The notes beneath the pieces are model-generated. The model was not told where the DNA came from. It did no database searches and worked only from the letters and a program-made list of their open reading frames with translations. 64,000 bases of DNA from Candidatus Phycocordibacter aenigmaticus (GTDB taxonomy: Bacteria; Patescibacteriota; Minisyncoccia; Phycocordibacterales; Phycocordibacteraceae). Numbering within the stretch: position 1 is the stretch's first letter; each line of letters opens with the position of its first letter. Positions 37,246-47,260 of this stretch are shown here, one piece after another. Made by a program: the position numbers and the translations under genes. The stretch lies in contig CP174359.1 in NCBI GenBank assembly GCA_045401115.1, positions 122,288 through 186,287 on the forward strand. The letters run 5' to 3'.

Positions 37246-38907
37246 ATGCAAAATGGGTCAGACGAAGCTGAGGCACACCTTGAAGACCTCCGTGCTAAAG
37301 AGGAGGAAGAGTTAGCGCGTATACTCTCCCAAAAGTATGGCGTGGGGTATCAAGATCTCACTCGCATTTCAATAAACACTGAGGCACTGCGCCTGGTTCC
37401 AGAAAAAGAGGCACGAGAAGCTGAAGCGGCAGCATTTGATATTGTCGGTAAAAAAGTATCGCTTGCAGTACGCTCACCGCAAAACAATAAAGTTGCCGCT
37501 ATTGTCGCAGCACTCGAAAAAAATAACTACACCGTGGATTTATTCATGGTAAGCCAGGTATCACTAAAACGCGCGTGGGAGCGCTACAAAGATCTTTCGT
37601 TTGCTATCGAAACACGCGGTGGGGTTTTTGATATCTCATCAGCAGAACTCGATGAGACAATGAAATCATTCAAAACAAAAGATGATGTTGTCGCCGCCAT
37701 TGATGAGGTGCGCGGTATGAAAAAAGCGTATCGTGTGTCGCGCATCCTTGAGGTTGTGCTTGCCGGCGCGCTCTCTATTCATGCCTCAGACATTCATATT
37801 GAACCAGAAGATGAGCAAGTACGACTCCGTTACCGCCTCGACGGTGTGCTTAACAAAGTCACCGACTTTGACGCTGAAACGTATAAACTCCTCCTGTCAC
37901 GCATTAAGCTACTCAGTGGCCTCAAACTCAACATCCACGACGAAGCGCAGGACGGCCGTTTCTCTATCGAACTCCATAATACTGAAATTGAAATCAGGAC
38001 CAGTGTCATTCCTGGGGCATACGGTGAATCTATCGTATTGCGTGTACTCGACCCAGAAGCTATCGCTGTTCCTTTTGAAGAATTAGGTATGGAACCTGCA
38101 CTTCGTGACTTGGTTAAAGAAGAAATTCGCAAACCAAACGGTATGCTCCTCACCACTGGTCCTACCGGCTCAGGTAAAACAACCACACTCTATGCGTGTC
38201 TCAAAAGCATTCACACACCAAATATTAAAATAATCACCATTGAAGACCCTATTGAATACCACCTTAATGGTATCGTCCAAACGCAGGTAGATAAAAACTA
38301 TACTTTTATGGGTGGTCTACGTAGTGCACTGCGCCAAGACCCTGATGTCATTATGATTGGTGAAATCCGTGATGCAGATGTGGCACGCACTGCCATTGAT
38401 TCGGCACTCACCGGACATTTTGTGTTTTCAACCCTTCACACCAACAATGCCGCTGGTGCATTCCCCCGTCTTGCTGATTTTGACATTGACCTTAAAGTTG
38501 CCGGTTCAGCTATTTCCGTAGTACTCGCCCAACGTCTCGTGCGTGTGCTTTGTCCAGAATGTAAAAAAGAGGTCGCGCTCCCAAGTCCTCTAAAAGAAAA
38601 AGTAGACGCCGTGCTTGCGGGAATCACCGACAAGAGCATAATCCCAGAAAACACCGAGATGGTGTATGAGCCGGTTGGCTGTGAGAAGTGTAATAACACC
38701 GGATACAAAGGCCGTATTGGTATCTTTGAAGGTATTGTAGTTGATAAAGAAGTGGCTGACTTCGTTCGTGAAAATCCGTCCGAAGGCGATATTCAACACA
38801 TTCAAAATAAACGTAACCTCCTTACTATGCCTGAAGACGGTGTACTCAAGGTGTTGCGTGGCACTACCTCACTTGATGAACTGAGCCGCGTCGTTTCTAT
38901 CGGGTAA
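37246..38907 (+). CDS. pilB: GspE/PilB family pilus assembly ATPase
   Basis: ASDIHIEP, RYRLDG, GPTGSGKTTTLY, LRQDPDVIMIGEIRD, TGH..STLHTN, CPEC/CEKC. Confidence 0.93.
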   Translation: MQNGSDEAEAHLEDLRAKEEEELARILSQKYGVGYQDLTRISINTEALRLVPEKEAREAEAAAFDIVGKKVSLAVRSPQNNKVAAIVAALEKNNYTVDLFMVSQVSLKRAWERYKDLSFAIETRGGVFDISSAELDETMKSFKTKDDVVAAIDEVRGMKKAYRVSRILEVVLAGALSIHASDIHIEPEDEQVRLRYRLDGVLNKVTDFDAETYKLLLSRIKLLSGLKLNIHDEAQDGRFSIELHNTEIEIRTSVIPGAYGESIVLRVLDPEAIAVPFEELGMEPALRDLVKEEIRKPNGMLLTTGPTGSGKTTTLYACLKSIHTPNIKIITIEDPIEYHLNGIVQTQVDKNYTFMGGLRSALRQDPDVIMIGEIRDADVARTAIDSALTGHFVFSTLHTNNAAGAFPRLADFDIDLKVAGSAISVVLAQRLVRVLCPECKKEVALPSPLKEKVDAVLAGITDKSIIPENTEMVYEPVGCEKCNNTGYKGRIGIFEGIVVDKEVADFVRENPSEGDIQHIQNKRNLLTMPEDGVLKVLRGTTSLDELSRVVSIG

Positions 38908-38948
38908 TAACAAAAAACACACTCAAAAAAGAGTGTGTTAGAATAAAG

Positions 38949-39124
38949 AAAAGCCCAACCACTCTAAGCAACACGCTGCATGAGAAATGTGGAACACGGC
39001 TAAGGAGAGGACCAGCACGTTACCGTACAAAGCAGTAACACCAGTCCATCCTCGTCGTGAAGCCACCGAGTTGCTTAGAGGGGTTGAGCTTTTTTTGTAA
39101 AAGAACGACGTTATATAACGTCGT
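38949..39124 (-). ncRNA. Putative structured ncRNA, 6S RNA-like long hairpin with central bubble
   Basis: 24-bp closing stem (38949-38972 / 39070-39093), inner stems whose G-U pairs favour the minus strand, and TTGACA-17-TAATGT upstream. Confidence 0.6.
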
Positions 39125-39354
39125 GTGAAAACATTAACACGCATAAAGCATTATGTCAACCCCTTTTATGGGGTTTTTGTCGTATATCCCTTTTTGGATA
39201 TAATTTAGAAAAACCCATCCATTTTAGAAATTCTCTAAAACCCTTAAAATAAGCGGCTATTTTTCTACTTATCCACACATTTTTGCTTGACCATTGCAAT
39301 CACACCATGCTTCTGGTACGTTGAAAAGAGACTATTAGCCTAATTCTTAGATAT

Positions 39355-39903
39355 ATGGCATTTGAATCACTCCCCGATATCATTGACGCGTTCACTGAAT
39401 CCAACATTGTTGATGAAGTTAAAGGTGGAGGAGGTGCAGCAGAGGCACTTGTAGCCCCAGTAGACCGACTTGAACACCTTGCAGATCAAATTGAAGAACT
39501 AGCCTCTGTGGATACTGTACCTAATCGTGCAGAACTTCAAAACTATAGCGATGCGTATAATTACCACTATGCCCTAATGGATGAAACCGATGAAGCGCTA
39601 TATTTCTTAGACAGTCAAATTGGTAGTACAATTAGGCCACTTGTCGAAGGGGGGTACATAACTGAAAGTCAATTTCAAGATTTAGTTCATCGACTCAATG
39701 GTCCTTTTAGAGACGCAGCTGCAGAGATTGATAATTCGCTTGTTGTTTGGGATTCATACAACGCCGAATATACTACTAACCCTCAAACACCATATGAAGT
39801 GGCTCAAGAGCTATACCGGGTCCATCAAACAGCCCATCAACACCTGCACACCATTGCTAATGAATTGCGCGATATCCAAATAAGACAACGGCCAGGGTTT
39901 TAA
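39355..39903 (+). CDS. Hypothetical helical acidic protein
   Basis: 182-aa ORF with no recognised motif. Confidence 0.7.
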   Translation: MAFESLPDIIDAFTESNIVDEVKGGGGAAEALVAPVDRLEHLADQIEELASVDTVPNRAELQNYSDAYNYHYALMDETDEALYFLDSQIGSTIRPLVEGGYITESQFQDLVHRLNGPFRDAAAEIDNSLVVWDSYNAEYTTNPQTPYEVAQELYRVHQTAHQHLHTIANELRDIQIRQRPGF

Positions 39904-39905
39904 CA

Positions 39906-40697
39906 CTACTCCGCTCTAGTTCCACAAAAGGCATACTCACGTTCTGTTCCGGACACCCATTCAACGACCCTGCCATCAAATAAATTGTTTCTACCATCCG
40001 CCCCGAAACACGTCCCTCTCCGTACATTTCTAATAGTGTCTATAACAGAACCATCAGACTCTGATGTAATTCTACAGTCACGTTGCTGCCAGGTAAAATA
40101 TCGTTTCCCTGAGCTTCGGCATACCCTTCTTAACTCTTGTTTTTCGCGATCACTTATTTCAGTCATTTCAAGTATAGTACCTTCGAACTCATTAAATTCA
40201 CTGTCGCTATATAGAGAGCGTTCGTAAATATCTCCCTTACCTTCAACAAAATCGTGCAGACGGTCTGCGCGCGCCCTACGCTCCGCTTCGGTTTCCACCG
40301 CAGCATCTTCCTCGGCCTGACTTGATGCAAGAGATTGGAAATTAAGTGCAGATAGATTGAGTATCTGAGGGTTAATAGTATTAAGTATCAACCAACTTCC
40401 TCCAAGAAGAATGAGTCCAAGTACCGCATTCTGAATAGTAAGGCGTGCCTCTCCTTTTGCAGTCACCGCCTCAGTGGTCATGTATTGAAAACCGCCCATA
40501 ATCACCCGAAGCACTGCCAGCATAGCGGCAAAAGTGATGATGATATTAAAAACAGCGTTGACGTAGTCACTTAACGACCCTTCACCTCCTTCATACCCAA
40601 CTCCAGGGAGAGTAACAAGTGGCTCAAAATCGCCCGCAGCTGCAAAAAGAGCTGTGGGTATCAGTAAAAGTAAGGATGCAAGAGCGAAGGCGCGCAT
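39906..40697 (-). CDS. CPR-type T4SS pilin-like (TrbC/VirB2-like) protein with variable C-terminal extension
   Basis: Signal peptide, then LAVLRVIMGGFQYMT...A+..IQNAVLGLILL..SWLILNTINPQIL. Confidence 0.8.
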   Translation of the reverse strand: MRAFALASLLLLIPTALFAAAGDFEPLVTLPGVGYEGGEGSLSDYVNAVFNIIITFAAMLAVLRVIMGGFQYMTTEAVTAKGEARLTIQNAVLGLILLGGSWLILNTINPQILNLSALNFQSLASSQAEEDAAVETEAERRARADRLHDFVEGKGDIYERSLYSDSEFNEFEGTILEMTEISDREKQELRRVCRSSGKRYFTWQQRDCRITSESDGSVIDTIRNVRRGTCFGADGRNNLFDGRVVEWVSGTEREYAFCGTRAE

Positions 40698-40808
40698 AAG
40701 GATATTGTAGCAGAAATAGGTCGTACCACAGGAACTATATAAACACGTTTAGCGTATCGCCTAAACAACCCTCATCTACTAAAAACAAGGCAATGCTACA
40801 CTAAGGGT

Positions 40809-41837
40809 ATGGAAGAAGAACGTGTCGAACCTGAAGGTGCTGCCACTGGTAATGTGGGTGCAAACCTTGACCAAACCCTCCGTCCTACACTGTGGAGTGA
40901 ATACGTAGGGCAAGAAAGCGTGAAAGAGAACCTTCGTGTACTTATCACTGCCGCCAAAGAACGCAATCATGCGCCAGAACACACCCTCCTCTACGGCCCT
41001 CCGGGCCTCGGTAAAACAACACTCGCACACCTTGTCGCGCGTGAACTTGAGGCACAAGTACGTGTTACTGCCGGACCGGTTATAGAAAAAGTTGGTGACC
41101 TTGCCGCGATACTCACTAACCTCGAAAACGGGGACATTCTTTTTATAGACGAAATTCATCGGCTTCATAAATCAGTTGAGGAAGTACTCTACCCGGCAAT
41201 GGAAAGCGGTAAACTTGATATTATCGTCGGGAAAGGGCCTTCGGCGCGCACTATTGAGCTGGCACTCCCCGCGTTCACGTTAATTGGTGCCACCACTCGT
41301 ATCGCGCTTATCTCTTCTCCCCTTCGTTCTCGCTTCTCAGGTGGTGTGTATCAACTTGAATTTTACTCAGACGACGAAATTTCCACCATACTTAAACGCT
41401 CAGCCGACATACTCGGTATAGAGATACTTCCTGAAGCAGTGGCAGAAATTGCACGGCGTGCACGACGCACCCCACGCACCGCAAACTACCTCCTTAAACG
41501 TTGCCGAGACGTTGCTCAATTAGAACGCTCAACACTCACTAAAGAAGTCGCAGAAAAAGCACTCAATATGATTGGTGTTGATGAAATCGGCCTTACCGCT
41601 TCAGACAGGAGAATCCTCTCAACACTTATAGAGAAATTTGGCGGAGGACCAATTGGACTTAAAACTCTTGCCGCAGCATCAATGGAAGAAGAAGAGACCA
41701 TCGAAGGAGTATACGAACCTTATCTCATGCAAGAAGGACTCCTTGAACGCACCCCACGCGGCCGGGTCGCTACTCCACAGGCATACACCCACCTTGGTAA
41801 GGTACATCCGCAAAAAAAGCAGGAAGAGCTCCTTTGA
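40809..41837 (+). CDS. ruvB: Holliday junction helicase RuvB
   Basis: LRP...EYVGQ, GPPGLGKTTLA, FIDEIHRL, YEPYL...RTPRGR. Confidence 0.98.
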   Translation: MEEERVEPEGAATGNVGANLDQTLRPTLWSEYVGQESVKENLRVLITAAKERNHAPEHTLLYGPPGLGKTTLAHLVARELEAQVRVTAGPVIEKVGDLAAILTNLENGDILFIDEIHRLHKSVEEVLYPAMESGKLDIIVGKGPSARTIELALPAFTLIGATTRIALISSPLRSRFSGGVYQLEFYSDDEISTILKRSADILGIEILPEAVAEIARRARRTPRTANYLLKRCRDVAQLERSTLTKEVAEKALNMIGVDEIGLTASDRRILSTLIEKFGGGPIGLKTLAAASMEEEETIEGVYEPYLMQEGLLERTPRGRVATPQAYTHLGKVHPQKKQEELL

Positions 41838-41841
41838 TCCT

Positions 41842-42327
41842 ATGCCTGAAATAGAGAAAAGTGTTATTGCTATCGACCCCGGGTATGACCGTGTTGGTAT
41901 TGCTATCTTTTCAAATACCAAAGAACTTCTCCACTCAGAATGCCTCATCCCTGAAACAAAAGTATTCACTGAGCGGCTTTTAGTTATAAAAGCCCATCTA
42001 CAAACCCTGATAGAAAAACACCGACCGTCAGCGTTAGCACTGGAAACACTCTTTTTCAGCAAGAACCAAAAAACCGCGCTTAAAGTTGCCGAAGCACGTG
42101 GGGTTATTACCATTGCTGCGGTCGAGCTCTCACTCCCCGTCTATGAATATTCGCCACAATCAGTTAAGATCGCGGTCACTGGTTCAGGTAACGCTGATAA
42201 AATTAGTGTCACTAAAATGGTTGAGCAATTAGTTCCGCTTTCCAAGAAGAAAAGAATTGATGATGAAATTGACGCTATAGCGCTCGGTATCGCTCACCAA
42301 GCCTCTATTCTGAGTCGTCAGTTTTAG
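41842..42327 (+). CDS. ruvC: Holliday junction resolvase RuvC
   Basis: IAIDPG, ETLFFSKN, AEARGV, GSGNADK, DDEIDAIA. Confidence 0.95.
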   Translation: MPEIEKSVIAIDPGYDRVGIAIFSNTKELLHSECLIPETKVFTERLLVIKAHLQTLIEKHRPSALALETLFFSKNQKTALKVAEARGVITIAAVELSLPVYEYSPQSVKIAVTGSGNADKISVTKMVEQLVPLSKKKRIDDEIDAIALGIAHQASILSRQF

Positions 42328-42547
42328 GTCCAAGATCCTCCGGGATCTTATTTAGTGAGTATGCAGCTCGCCATGAAACATAGGCACCAGATGCTCCAAT
42401 AACGGTATTACTAATGGGGTCGGACGATAAATCAGTCCAATCCATGAACAGCATTAATGCAAGAGCCATTGCGGCCGAGCCACATACTAACTCAGTACTA
42501 TTATGTAATACTTTCCCTGTTACACGCAGACTCTCTCTCTTATTCAT
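42305..42547 (-). CDS. Small orphan membrane protein
   Basis: 80-aa ORF with two hydrophobic segments, divergent from the HTH gene. Confidence 0.55.
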   Translation of the reverse strand: MNKRESLRVTGKVLHNSTELVCGSAAMALALMLFMDWTDLSSDPISNTVIGASGAYVSWRAAYSLNKIPEDLGPKTDDSE

Positions 42548-42660
42548 ATACTTTATACAGTTTAGATATAATGTGTTGTAGTATAGAGTGTTGCACTGAA
42601 AAACAGCACGAAAATTGAAAAGAACAAAATACCTTTATTTTTCATACTGTTTTATAGCTC

Positions 42661-42683
42661 TATTGACAAATATTTTGTCAATA
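42661..42683. promoter_or_regulatory. Palindromic operator overlapping the -35 box of the HTH gene
   Basis: Perfect inverted repeat TATTGACAAA-TAT-TTTGTCAATA containing TTGACA. Confidence 0.7.
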
Positions 42684-42698
42684 TATATTGTACAAGTC

Positions 42699-43406
42699 AT
42701 GATTCTACTTGATGAACTGGACAACAAAATACTTTCTCTTATTAGTAAACAGGAGCTTCACCCGTCTGAAATGGCGCGTCAGCTTGGAATATTAAGAACT
42801 ACCGTTCAGTATCGTCTTAAGAAAATCGAAGAATTTGGACTTGCTCAAAAAAGAATATCGGGGAGAAAAACATTATGGTCAGTAGCAGTTCGCACAGAAC
42901 ATAACAAAAGTCATTTTAAAGTCTACAGAGGCGCCGACTTCGTTCAATCATATAAACAGCTCCTTTCTCTGCCGGCTCATGCAACAATTTTTGCAATACA
43001 AGGAAGCAAGGCGGCAAAGGGCGAACTCAATACACTTCCAGCTGAATTTATTAAAGAATCTCATAAAATTCTCAAAAGGAAAAAGATTATTTTAAAAGGC
43101 GTTACTAATGAAAAAACACTTCGCGTGTTCACCGGCACCAATAAATCGCTCATGCAATCGCATATTGGGAGGACGCTTGGTATTAAGCTTTTTCAAGACA
43201 ATCATTTTTTAGGAGCCGGCGAAATTCTCTCTACAAAGAAGCTACTACTCCTATCAAATCCAGTTGCTAAGCAGGCGATAGTTATTAAAGACAAAGGAAT
43301 TGCCGAAATTATACATGACACGTTGGATTTAATATTTGAAGTGCTTGATGGAAAAAATACTTTTGATCTCAATAGTTATTTACGTAATAAAATTACATCA
43401 AAATAA
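42699..43406 (+). CDS. Winged-HTH transcriptional regulator (TrmB-like architecture)
   Basis: LDELDNKIL...PSEMARQLGILRTTVQYRLKKI HTH followed by a C-terminal effector-like domain. Confidence 0.8.
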   Translation: MILLDELDNKILSLISKQELHPSEMARQLGILRTTVQYRLKKIEEFGLAQKRISGRKTLWSVAVRTEHNKSHFKVYRGADFVQSYKQLLSLPAHATIFAIQGSKAAKGELNTLPAEFIKESHKILKRKKIILKGVTNEKTLRVFTGTNKSLMQSHIGRTLGIKLFQDNHFLGAGEILSTKKLLLLSNPVAKQAIVIKDKGIAEIIHDTLDLIFEVLDGKNTFDLNSYLRNKITSK

Positions 43407-43565
43407 GGAAAATATGTTATCCCCAGTACTGTCCACAAGCTAAAAATAGGGGGCTTGCCAAAATGGCAACTTTCTAATAAAAATAGAGCGTCTCGTACAC
43501 TCTCTTTTAGGAGAGTCACAAAGCTTAGATCTTTGGGAGACACACCTTAGTCATTAACAAATACA

Positions 43566-43760
43566 ATGCATATGCAAACATTAACTGACCTTGATCTTCT
43601 TCTTGAGCTCGACGAAGAGGAAATGGAAGATGAAGATGGGGATGAGGAACTAGATACTGACCTTGCTCCTGAAATGGACATGGATGAAGATGACGACACT
43701 GATGAAGACGGTGACGACTCAGACGATGAGGACGACACTGACAGCGACGACTGGAACTAG
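43566..43760 (+). CDS. Extremely acidic small protein
   Basis: 36 of 64 residues are D/E with no K/R; it has a promoter-like region upstream and a terminator downstream. Confidence 0.65.
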   Translation: MHMQTLTDLDLLLELDEEEMEDEDGDEELDTDLAPEMDMDEDDDTDEDGDDSDDEDDTDSDDWN

Positions 43761-43780
43761 TCAGCTGTATCTCACTTAAT

Positions 43781-43809
43781 AAAAAACCCGCGCCAAGCGC
43801 GGGTTTTTT
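43781..43809. terminator. Bidirectional terminator
   Basis: AAAAAACCCGCGC-CAA-GCGCGGGTTTTTT. Confidence 0.85.
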
Positions 43810-45007
43810 ATTTCCGTACTATTTTTACAAATACACGTTTACCGAGTCGCAGCACTGTACCATCAGCAACACTGTCAATATCCTCTTTAGTGAGCTTTTG
43901 TCCGCCATCTGCTACTTTAACTCCCCCACCTTCAAGAAGGCGACGGAATTCGCTTTTTGAGGCAACGACCCCACACTCACTCAAAGCGTCGGCAATAGCT
44001 GTGTCGTGCCCCACAACACATTCAGGAACATCTTGAGGTACCTCTTTTTGAGCAAATGTTTTTTCAAAATACTCTTTTGCTTCATCCGCTGCTCGCTGTG
44101 AGTGATACATTCGGACCACTTCATACGCCAACTCTTTTTTTGCGTCTCTCGGGTGACCGCCTATTAACTCAGAAACTCGAGAAAGTGGTACACGAGTGCA
44201 GTGTACAAAATATGATTCGATAAGTGTGTCGGGAATGGACATTATTTTTCCATACATATCATCAGCAACATCAGTGAGGTTGATAGTATTACCCCAACTA
44301 GAACTCATCTTTCTTCCGTCTGTACCTAAAATAAGTTCAGTGGTTAAAATGTGCTGCGGCTCTTGGCCATAACGAGACTGCAGCGTACGTCCCGCAAGAA
44401 GATTAAAACGTTGATCTGTGCCCCCAAGTTCAACATCAGCATTTACCGCAACCGAGTCATACCCCTGCATAAGGGGGTACATCACCTCACGCAATGACAC
44501 CCGCTTCCCTTCATCAAGTCGACGTTTAATATTATCGCGAGCAATAAAATCAGAAACTGAAAACTGATCGGCATGTTCTCCAATTTCCTGATAAGTGAGT
44601 TTGGAAAGCCACTCGGCATTACTTTTCCTTTCAACTAGGTTGAGGTTGAGAACCTTACCTGCTTGTTCAAAATACGTTTTTTTATTTTTCAAAATTGTCT
44701 CTCGGTCCAACATAGGACGCTCCGCACTCTTATCAGACGTATCGCCAATCACCGCAGTGAAATCACCGACAATCAAAACCACTTCGTGACCAAGCTCTTG
44801 AAAGTCACGAAGTTTCAGCAGTGTCACCGCGCGCCCAAGATGAATATGAGGGCTGGTAGGATCAATTCCAAGTTTTATACGAAGCCGCTTCCCACTCATA
44901 AGAAGTTCTTTAAAAGAATCTTCCCCAGGAATAAGTTCCGTAACACTCCGAGAAAGCAGCTCGTCTATCTTCTTTTCATCAGTAATCACTTTTCTGGCAC
45001 CAAACAT
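43808..45007 (-). CDS. tyrS: Tyrosine--tRNA ligase
   Basis: KLGIDPTSPHIHLG, YPLMQGYDS, GGTDQRFN, KMSSS, C-terminal S4 domain. Confidence 0.97.
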   Translation of the reverse strand: MFGARKVITDEKKIDELLSRSVTELIPGEDSFKELLMSGKRLRIKLGIDPTSPHIHLGRAVTLLKLRDFQELGHEVVLIVGDFTAVIGDTSDKSAERPMLDRETILKNKKTYFEQAGKVLNLNLVERKSNAEWLSKLTYQEIGEHADQFSVSDFIARDNIKRRLDEGKRVSLREVMYPLMQGYDSVAVNADVELGGTDQRFNLLAGRTLQSRYGQEPQHILTTELILGTDGRKMSSSWGNTINLTDVADDMYGKIMSIPDTLIESYFVHCTRVPLSRVSELIGGHPRDAKKELAYEVVRMYHSQRAADEAKEYFEKTFAQKEVPQDVPECVVGHDTAIADALSECGVVASKSEFRRLLEGGGVKVADGGQKLTKEDIDSVADGTVLRLGKRVFVKIVRK

Positions 45008-45122
45008 ACCCTTTATGCTACCACGACACCTACCTCAATGGCGCGCACACACGACCATACAAGAAACCGTCCTATATAATAAATAAAGTAGCTTCGCAGA
45101 CGGTTTCTGGTACGATACACCT

Positions 45123-47255
45123 ATGTTTGGTAACGCACTTAAAACAGTATTTCTTATCGCCCTCTCGATTGGATTTTTTATCGGGGGTGCCCTTTTTGTA
45201 TGGGCGGCTAGTTTTAAAATCCCTGATATAGATTCTCTTAAAAACCGTAAGGTCTCACAGTCGGCAAAAATTTATGACCGATCTGGCGAAATCCTACTCT
45301 TTGACCTTCACGAAGACATTGACCGTACCGTAGTTCCTATCGATGATATCTCTCCGCATATCCGTAACGCAACAGTAGCTATTGAGGATTCAACATTTTA
45401 TGAACATATTGGAATCCGGCCCATAGCAACACTGCGCGCGGTATTTATTCAACCACTTCGTGGTCACCGCGTACAAGGTGGCTCAACCATTACCCAACAA
45501 GTGGTAAAAAACTCAGTACTCACTAGTGAACGACAGATATCACGAAAAATCATTGAGTGGGTGGTGGCGCTACGCCTTGAACGTGAAATAGGAAAAGAAG
45601 ATATTTTAGAAATTTACCTCAACGAGTCTCCATATGGCGGTACTATTTATGGCGTTGAAGAAGCATCCCAAGCTTTCTTTGGGAAACCGGCTGCTGAAGT
45701 CACTATTGCCGAAGCCGCATACCTCGCTGCTCTTCCTCAAGCACCTACATACTTCTCGCCATACGGTAATAACCGTGATGAACTTGAAACACGAAAAAAC
45801 GTTGTTCTCTCTCGTATGCGCGAGATTGATTTTATTACACAAGAACAGTACGACACTGCGCGAGCAGAAGAAGTTGAGTTTCAGTCACAAGCATTATCAG
45901 GGGTACGGGCACCACACTTCGTTTTCTATGTACGCGAACAACTCGAACAAGAATACGGGCGACGAACACTTGAAGAATCTGGTTGGCGTATCATCACCAC
46001 ACTCGATATGGAACTGCAAGAAGCTGGGCAGCGAATTGTAGAAAAATTTGCGAAAGAAAACACTGAAAAGTTTAATGCAGAGAACGGGGCGATTGTCGCT
46101 GTTGATCCTAAAAACGGCGATATTCTCACTATGGTTGGTTCTCGTGATTATTTTGATGAAGATATTGATGGAAACTTCAATATCGCCCTTGCAAAGCGCC
46201 AACCTGGTTCAGCGTTTAAACCATTTGTGTATGCGCAGGCGTTTCGTGAAGGGTACGCCCCAGAAACAGTCGTTTTTGACCTCAGAACTCAGTTCTCAAC
46301 GTCGTGTGAGCAGGATAATCATGAACTAAACGAAGGCGATTGTTACTCACCACGAAACTATGATAATGAATATCGTGGACCAATGTCGTTACGCGACGCA
46401 TTGGCGCAGTCAGTTAATGTTCCCGCAGTAAAAGCACTCTACCTTGTCGGTATTTCTGACGCACTTCAACTAGCTCGTGCTATGGGTATTAGCACTCTTA
46501 AAAATGCAGGGCAATATGGCCTCACTCTTGTGCTTGGCGGTGGTGAAGTAACACTACTTGATATCGTCTCCGCATATGGAGTATTTGCAAACGAGGGAGT
46601 AAAAAACGAACACCGAAGCATCCTACGTATCGAAGATACTAATAAAAACACAGTAAAAGATTACACAACAAACTCAGAACGTGTTCTCGAGAGTGCTGTT
46701 GCGCTTAATGTATCTGACGTGCTCTCTGACAATGAGGCACGTACCCCCGCTTTTGGGGCCAACTCACCACTCTACTTCCCCGGCTACCATGTAGCAGCAA
46801 AAACCGGTACCACTAATGACTCACGTGATGCGTGGATTGTAGGATACACTCCAAACATCGCGGTTGGCGCATGGGCAGGTAACAATGATAATAGTCCAAT
46901 GGTAAAAGAGGTTGCTGGTTTCATTGTGGCACCTATGTGGCGCGAGTTTATGAATATAGCACTCGAAAAAACAACTCAACCACCATTCCCAAGTGCACCA
47001 CAACTCGTTTCAGAAAACGACAAACCGATATTACAAGGAATTTGGGAAGGGGTGGATATTCAAGACGATCCATCGGGGAAACTCCGTATTACCGCCAACA
47101 TTCATTCTATTTTATATTGGGTAGATAAAGAAAACCCACAAGGACCACGACCAGAAAACCCACAAGAAGATTCACAGTTTTCTCGATGGGAATACAGCGT
47201 ACGTGCATGGGTGAACGAAAATAACCTTCACGACGGCACACTTCTTTTTCGATAA
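45123..47255 (+). CDS. Class A penicillin-binding protein (PBP1A family)
   Basis: Transglycosylase AIED..FYEH, GGSTITQQ, RKIIE; transpeptidase SAFK, SVN, KTG. Confidence 0.95.
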   Translation: MFGNALKTVFLIALSIGFFIGGALFVWAASFKIPDIDSLKNRKVSQSAKIYDRSGEILLFDLHEDIDRTVVPIDDISPHIRNATVAIEDSTFYEHIGIRPIATLRAVFIQPLRGHRVQGGSTITQQVVKNSVLTSERQISRKIIEWVVALRLEREIGKEDILEIYLNESPYGGTIYGVEEASQAFFGKPAAEVTIAEAAYLAALPQAPTYFSPYGNNRDELETRKNVVLSRMREIDFITQEQYDTARAEEVEFQSQALSGVRAPHFVFYVREQLEQEYGRRTLEESGWRIITTLDMELQEAGQRIVEKFAKENTEKFNAENGAIVAVDPKNGDILTMVGSRDYFDEDIDGNFNIALAKRQPGSAFKPFVYAQAFREGYAPETVVFDLRTQFSTSCEQDNHELNEGDCYSPRNYDNEYRGPMSLRDALAQSVNVPAVKALYLVGISDALQLARAMGISTLKNAGQYGLTLVLGGGEVTLLDIVSAYGVFANEGVKNEHRSILRIEDTNKNTVKDYTTNSERVLESAVALNVSDVLSDNEARTPAFGANSPLYFPGYHVAAKTGTTNDSRDAWIVGYTPNIAVGAWAGNNDNSPMVKEVAGFIVAPMWREFMNIALEKTTQPPFPSAPQLVSENDKPILQGIWEGVDIQDDPSGKLRITANIHSILYWVDKENPQGPRPENPQEDSQFSRWEYSVRAWVNENNLHDGTLLFR

Positions 47256-47260
47256 ACACC

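Noticed and set aside
38939-39144. 68-aa ORF or SRP RNA in the pilB downstream region
   Set aside because: The ORF has no motif and coincides with a strongly paired rod, and the SRP domain IV motif is not evident.
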